A stretch of DNA of 64,000 nucleotides, from positions 5,828,001 through 5,892,000 of the forward strand of contig OY986946.1 of assembly GCA_963920595.1 (NCBI GenBank). Direction: 5' to 3'. Below, piece by piece: positions 51,545 through 64,000 of the stretch. The stretch is from Eimeria praecox (taxonomy: Eukaryota). Under the pieces are notes generated by a model, which had not been told where the DNA came from, searched no databases, and was given only the letters and a program-made list of their open reading frames with translations. A program made the translations under genes and the position numbers. Within the stretch, counting starts at the first letter, position 1; each line of letters opens with the position of its first letter.

Positions 51545-51861
51545 AGCACTTCAGATACACCTCAGCAAAGGCAACACACTCACACGCATGCCTCCCCTAT
51601 GTACTCCCCTCCATACACCTGCTGCTGCTGCTGCTGCAGCAGCAGCAGCTGCTGCTGCTGCTGCTGTAACTGCTGCAGCTGCTGGCGGTGGTACAAACGC
51701 TGCAGCTCCTGAAACACCTGTCTACTGCTGCAGCAGCAGCTGCTGCTGCCTTTTGCTGCTGCTGCTGCAGCAGCAGCAGCAGCATCCCTGCAACAACAGC
51801 AGCAGCACCCCTGCATTAGCAGCATTAGCAGCAGCAGCAGCAGCAGCAGCAGCAGTTGCTG

Positions 51862-59003
<7,142 letters not shown>

Positions 59004-59146
59004 TTATCTTGTTTAAGAGACAATAAGAACTTCAAATAATAATAAATTAAATACACTAAAATATATAAAACTAAATAAACACAAATAAACAAAAAATCGA
59101 GTAGATAGAGGTTGACAGACACCCCCCCCCAGAGTACAGGGTCACC

Positions 59147-59200
<54 letters not shown>

Positions 59201-59562
59201 GCGGAAGGAGTAATTTTAAGTAATTGGAGTATAAAAGATTATTTTATTTAATTGAAATCGTATAAATATATAAATATAAACAATAAAATAAACATATATT
59301 CAAAAACAAAAACATTTTTGGGGGTTATAAACCAACAACATCACCGACAGACCAATGGTCATGTGATGGTGCAGATACAACAACCGCAACGACGGCTGCA
59401 TGCATTCAACATCTTCTTTGGGGCTTATCTTAATAATTATATTAAATATAATACTACAATTTATATTTAATTTATAATTAGTTTGTATATTTTGCTGTTT
59501 CCAGACAGAAAATGCCGGACCAGAGCAAGCAATCGTTCTTGCTGGTGTTGAGGTGTATCTAC

Positions 59563-59612
<50 letters not shown>

Positions 59613-59812
59613 CATCAAACACAAACTAAACAACAACACATACAACCTGTTGTCTATACAGGTGTTTTGAATACGTCTACAGAGTATAGCCTCAACAATT
59701 TAGGAGGAGTTTATTACGGCTTAGGCTCTACTCAACACAGAAAGATATATATATCTATAACCTACAACCCTTAGCATCCTACTCTCTGTATTGCACTGTC
59801 TTAAGTGTGAAA

Positions 59813-59882
<70 letters not shown>

Positions 59883-59932
59883 GCATATATATATATTCTT
59901 TCTTTCACACTTAAGCCAGTGCGGATTCAATA

Positions 59933-60003
<71 letters not shown>

Positions 60004-60428
60004 GTATATATATATATGTATTGAATCCCCTTTAATACTATTAATACATTATATCTTCCTTCTGCTATATTTAGTGTTTTTAAAACATTTTATTCTAATT
60101 ACAGTAAATAAATATATCAGATAAATGAGAGGACGAAACACAAACGAGTTTAGCGGCGATGTGTTCATCGCAGGCAACCAACAGAGCACTCGCCGGGCTC
60201 CCCAGTGCTGCTGCTGCTGCTGCTCCTGCTGCTGCTGCTGCTGCTGCAGCTATATACCCGTGGCTGCTACAAGCCCCAACCTAGCTGCAGCAGCTCACAC
60301 CCTGTAAGAGAGTTGCATGCAGCTAGCAGCTGCTGCAGTTTCTGTGGGGTGTCTGCAGCAAGTACCTCTCTCTTCATAAGATTTAGAGGATTGTATGGGC
60401 GTACTCTTTATATAATGAAACAGAAAGA

Positions 60429-60550
60429 GACTCACTGCGAAGATCAGTAGCTGCCCTGAGAGGGGGATCAGCCACATTGGGATTGAAATACAGCCCAAAC
60501 TCCTACGGGAGGCTGCAGTGGGGAATATTCTGCAATGAGCGCAAGCTCAA
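60429..60550 (+). pseudogene. Isolated fragment of bacterial/plastid-type SSU (16S-like) rRNA, probable nuclear integrant of apicoplast DNA
   Basis: GATCAGTAGCTGCCCTGAGAGGGGGATCAGCCACATTGGGATTGAAATACAGCCCAAACTCCTACGGGAGGCTGCAGTGGGGAATATTCTGCAATGAGCGCAAGCTCA is colinear with the conserved 16S region preceding V3; similarity ends on both sides. Confidence 0.88.
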
Positions 60551-60617
60551 CTGTATCTAACAGGGGGGGAAGGGTATCACGGTGTCTCCTCTTACTGTTT
60601 GTTTATCTGTCCTCTAA

Positions 60618-60664
<47 letters not shown>

Positions 60665-61456
60665 GTTGTCTAGTAAGCAGGACTGTCTGTCTCTCTCTTC
60701 TCTACTGAAAGCGTAGTAAGAACAAGAGGAGGAGTCTGCCTATTCGATACAGAGGTCCTGATTGTGTTGTAGGCTGCAGCTGCTGCTGCAGCTACTGCAG
60801 CAGCTGCAGCAGTGGCTGCTGCTGCAGCAGCAGCAGCTGCTGCAGCAGCAGCAGCAGCCACTCTGTTGCAGTGTAGCCCCTTACTAGCTGTACAGACAGC
60901 TGAGGGAGACACGAATCTCCTTGTTCTCATGTCATACTGTCAGGGGCCCCAGATCAGAGATATCCTTCTCTGCTATAGAAAAGTCTGAGGGGTTAAGTTA
61001 TTAGATTAATTGTGAGCTGCGTATACTGCCCCATAGAGAAGCTGTATCTAGATTATTTGTGGTGTATATACAGCACCCCCCTTAAACCTTTTTATATTTA
61101 TTATACCTTCAAATAAGTTGATGTTACCTAGCTAGACTCTTCGATTCTTCTCGAGGGATGCATGCAGCAGCCCCACATGCGAGGGACTGTCTCCCCAACG
61201 CCTAAGGAGCGACAGCAGCAGCAGTTGCTGCAGCAGCAACTGCAGCAGCAGCTGCAGCTGCAGCAGCAGCTGCTGCGGCTGCTGCTATCGCTCCCAGAGA
61301 CAGGTGTAGTAGATGAGAGGCTGGGCCGTCTGAGGTGTATGTCCCCTAGTTATCTGTCGAGGGGCTGTTTCTGTTGTTTACTCTGCGCATGCATTTGTTT
61401 TTACAGTGTATCTCCATATACAACTAAGATATAATCATAATATAATATAATATAAT

Positions 61457-61487
<31 letters not shown>

Positions 61488-61703
61488 CAATAATAATAAT
61501 AATAATAATAATATTTATACAATCCAAATATCTTCACCGCTATTGTTTCTTGAAAAGGTTTGCTGCTGCTGTTGTTGCTGCTGTTGTTGCTGCTGTTGTT
61601 GCTGCTGTTCGTGTTACAGAAGAGGCAGACTCAGCGTATAGGGTTTATCTTGCATGCGTTGGGGCTGGCTTTAAGACCTATTTGAAAGCCTCTCTTCCTT
61701 TAT

Positions 61704-62443
61704 TTACCGAGGAGGCCGTCTCGGATTTCTGCAGCGCAGCGACAATGCTCTCATAGGCTCCAGAAGGTGTTCCGCACTTAACAGGGAGCTGTCTCTCTCT
61801 GCGGCTTGCTGCCCTTGCTGCCCCTGCTGCCCCTGCTGCCCCTGCTGCTCCTGTGGGCCCTGTGGGCCCTGTGGGCCCTGTGGGCCTTGTGGGCCCTGTG
61901 GGCCTTGTGGGCCCTGTGGGTCCTGTGGGTCTTGGGGACCCTGGGGGCCCTGGGGGCCCGGGGGGTCGTGGGGGCCCTGTGGGGCATGTGCGTCCCGTGG
62001 ATCCTGTGGGGCTTGTGGGACATGTGGGGCCGCCTGTTGGGCCTGTTGGGCTTGTGGGGCCTGTGGGGCCTGTGGGGCCGCCTGTGGGGCCTGTGGGGCC
62101 TGTGGGGCCTGTGGGGCCGCCTGTGGGGCCCGCGATGCCCGTGGGGCCCGTGGGGCCCGTGGAGCCCTTGGAGGCTGTTGTTGCAGGGGTTCGGGGGCCT
62201 GAAAAGGTAGGAAGAGTGGTATATGATGTCCGTGGGGTGAGGAGTGAGGAGAGAGAGGGACATAGGGTGTGTGTTGAGGTGTATGAGGGGCCCTCATAGA
62301 CGGATCTGTTGTAATAAGAGTATTTGATGTTCTAGGAGTATGAGGGATTTCGTCTTCTGATTCAAAGGAAGGAGAAAGTAAATCGTGTAGAGAAAGAAGA
62401 TTGGATTCATTGAAGGCTGCAAAATTTGAACGAGAGTCCCTCG

Positions 62444-62478
<35 letters not shown>

Positions 62479-62795
62479 GGTGTTGTTGTTGTTGTTGGTG
62501 TTGTTGTTGTTGTTGGTGTTGTTGTTGTTGTTGGTGTTTGATAGTTATTAGAAGATGGAGTAGACCATTCTGGTGTATAATAAGATCTTAAAGGGCTTCT
62601 ATATATATTCGAAGGATCATATATATCAGATTGTATGTACGTACACTCGGAAGGATGTTGTAGATCCCCAGTATTATTGTGTCTTTGACGATGTCGTCCT
62701 TCTTCGTGTTGATGATGGTGTCGATTATGACGATGACGGAGCTGTTGTTGAGGCTGATGGTGCCTATGATGACGTCGTTGCTGCGGATACAGTTG

Positions 62796-62837
<42 letters not shown>

Positions 62838-63098
62838 TAGCTGCTGTAAATACTGGAGATGCTCTGTTTGACGCTGTTCTTCATATCCACTAAGGGCTGG
62901 GGGTGAGGTTGTACCTGCATCAACAGGTCTTAGCTCCCAAGGGATATGAGCAAATAAACACGAGTCCCCCATAGTACAGATCCCATCAGCAAATAATAAA
63001 CAAGATTCGTTACGTTCAATAACTCTGGAGGGATCTACTATCCTTGTGTGTGATGGCGGAGACCCCCCTCCGCCTTGATAGTAGTGTCTTCTATGCAT
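61704..63098 (-). CDS. Single-exon CCCH zinc-finger protein (464 aa) with poly-Q/His/Thr tracts and a C-terminal Gly-X-Y (GPQ)n repeat
   Basis: ATG-started [22 protein letters not shown] = C-x7-C-x5-C-x3-H followed by the typical 'ELR'; PQA/GPQ/GQQ repeats near the C-terminus. Confidence 0.8.
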
Positions 63099-63696
63099 GA
63101 CAGCGACGATTGATTATAAATAAACAATATTATATTGATATTTATATTTATTGTATTTATTTAATATCATATATACATTTATTCGCAGAATATAACGTTG
63201 AAATAAACACTGTACACATACACAACACCACATAACACCTGCTAGCCGTGAATATAACGGAGAGAGGAAGTAAGGCGATAACAGCGATGTGTCTGTCTGC
63301 TTTTGGTTGTGTACAGGTCTTCTGTTTATAATAATAATATGCGTTTATTTCTATCTGTATTTATATTATTTATTTATATTTATTATTTATTTATATATGG
63401 AAGGAGACACACACACACACACACACATACACCCCGTGTGTCGATTGTCCCTCGTAAGTAACCTCTCACGTTTTGTGTGTTATTTATAAAAATAAACAAA
63501 CACATTATATATTTTATATTTATATTTTAATTCATTTATTATTTATTCTAATCATTTTATATATTCATTCTATACATTGTCATAGTTTGATAGAACTCGT
63601 AGCTTGTGGTGCATAACACCTCTCTCCCCCTCTCGCCCTTCAAAAACATATACTCGATACGAAAGATATAAACTCCTTCTGGAGTATATATATAAA

Positions 63697-63743
<47 letters not shown>

Positions 63744-63837
63744 TATAATTATTAATATATATAATATATTATATTATTATATATTAATTTTCTATCGCTT
63801 TCACACTCAAATAAAACAATCGACGGGATCAGATGAG

Positions 63838-63898
63838 ACCTAAACCCTAAACCCTAAACCCTAAACCCTAAACCCTAAACCCTAAACCCTAAACCCTA
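63838..63898. repeat. Interstitial (CCCTAAA)n array
   Basis: About 8 perfect copies; unique sequence continues beyond it. Other arrays at 15963-16019, 17892-17935, 34325-34372 and 48895-48938. Confidence 0.95.
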
Positions 63899-64000
63899 AT
63901 AGAACGTCAATCCCCCTCTACGATTGCCTGTCTTTAAATCAATACACTCAGGCTGTTCTTGTATAATTATAAACAATCTCACTCCCTTCAACATATCTGT

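Noticed and set aside
60429..60550. Functional rRNA gene
   Set aside because: Only ~120 bp, prokaryote-type, and flanked by nuclear repeat DNA
60940..61160. Further organellar DNA insertions near the rRNA fragment
   Set aside because: Non-repetitive sequence, but no organellar motif I can recognise; needs BLASTN against mitochondrial and apicoplast genomes
61806..62299. (WAL)n / (GPV)n collagen-like ORFs on the + strand
   Set aside because: Antisense shadows of the 9-bp repeat in the CCCH gene
63838..63898. True telomere
   Set aside because: Short array with unique sequence on both sides; one of many interstitial arrays

Overview
Eukaryotic nuclear DNA with the signature of a coccidian apicomplexan, most likely Eimeria. 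The taxon is inferred from pervasive (CAG/CTG)n tracts, interstitial (TTTAGGG)n arrays, (TGCA)n and (TA)n runs. Eight protein genes were reconstructed by hand using splice sites with consistent phases. In order: a CAMK-like kinase with a DFD motif (+), proteasome alpha-4/PSMA7 (+), NAD(P)HX dehydratase (-), a divergent ATG18/WIPI-like PROPPIN (+), an ApiAP2 factor (-), a PNPOx-like split-barrel protein with a predicted TM helix and mitochondrial-type leader (+), a GHSFGG alpha/beta hydrolase (-) and a single-exon CCCH zinc-finger protein with a collagen-like tail (-). A tRNA-Val(CAC) gene lies antisense inside a hydrolase intron. There is also a ~120 bp bacterial/plastid-type SSU rRNA fragment and a 200-N assembly gap. 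I found no CRISPR array, operon-like system or intact mobile element. The most unusual items are the PROPPIN whose FRRG lipid-binding site is replaced by a ~950-aa insertion with LIR-like motifs, the rRNA integrant, the PNPOx-like membrane protein, and several palindrome and repeat patterns. Most ORFs in the supplied track are artefacts of triplet and dinucleotide repeats.
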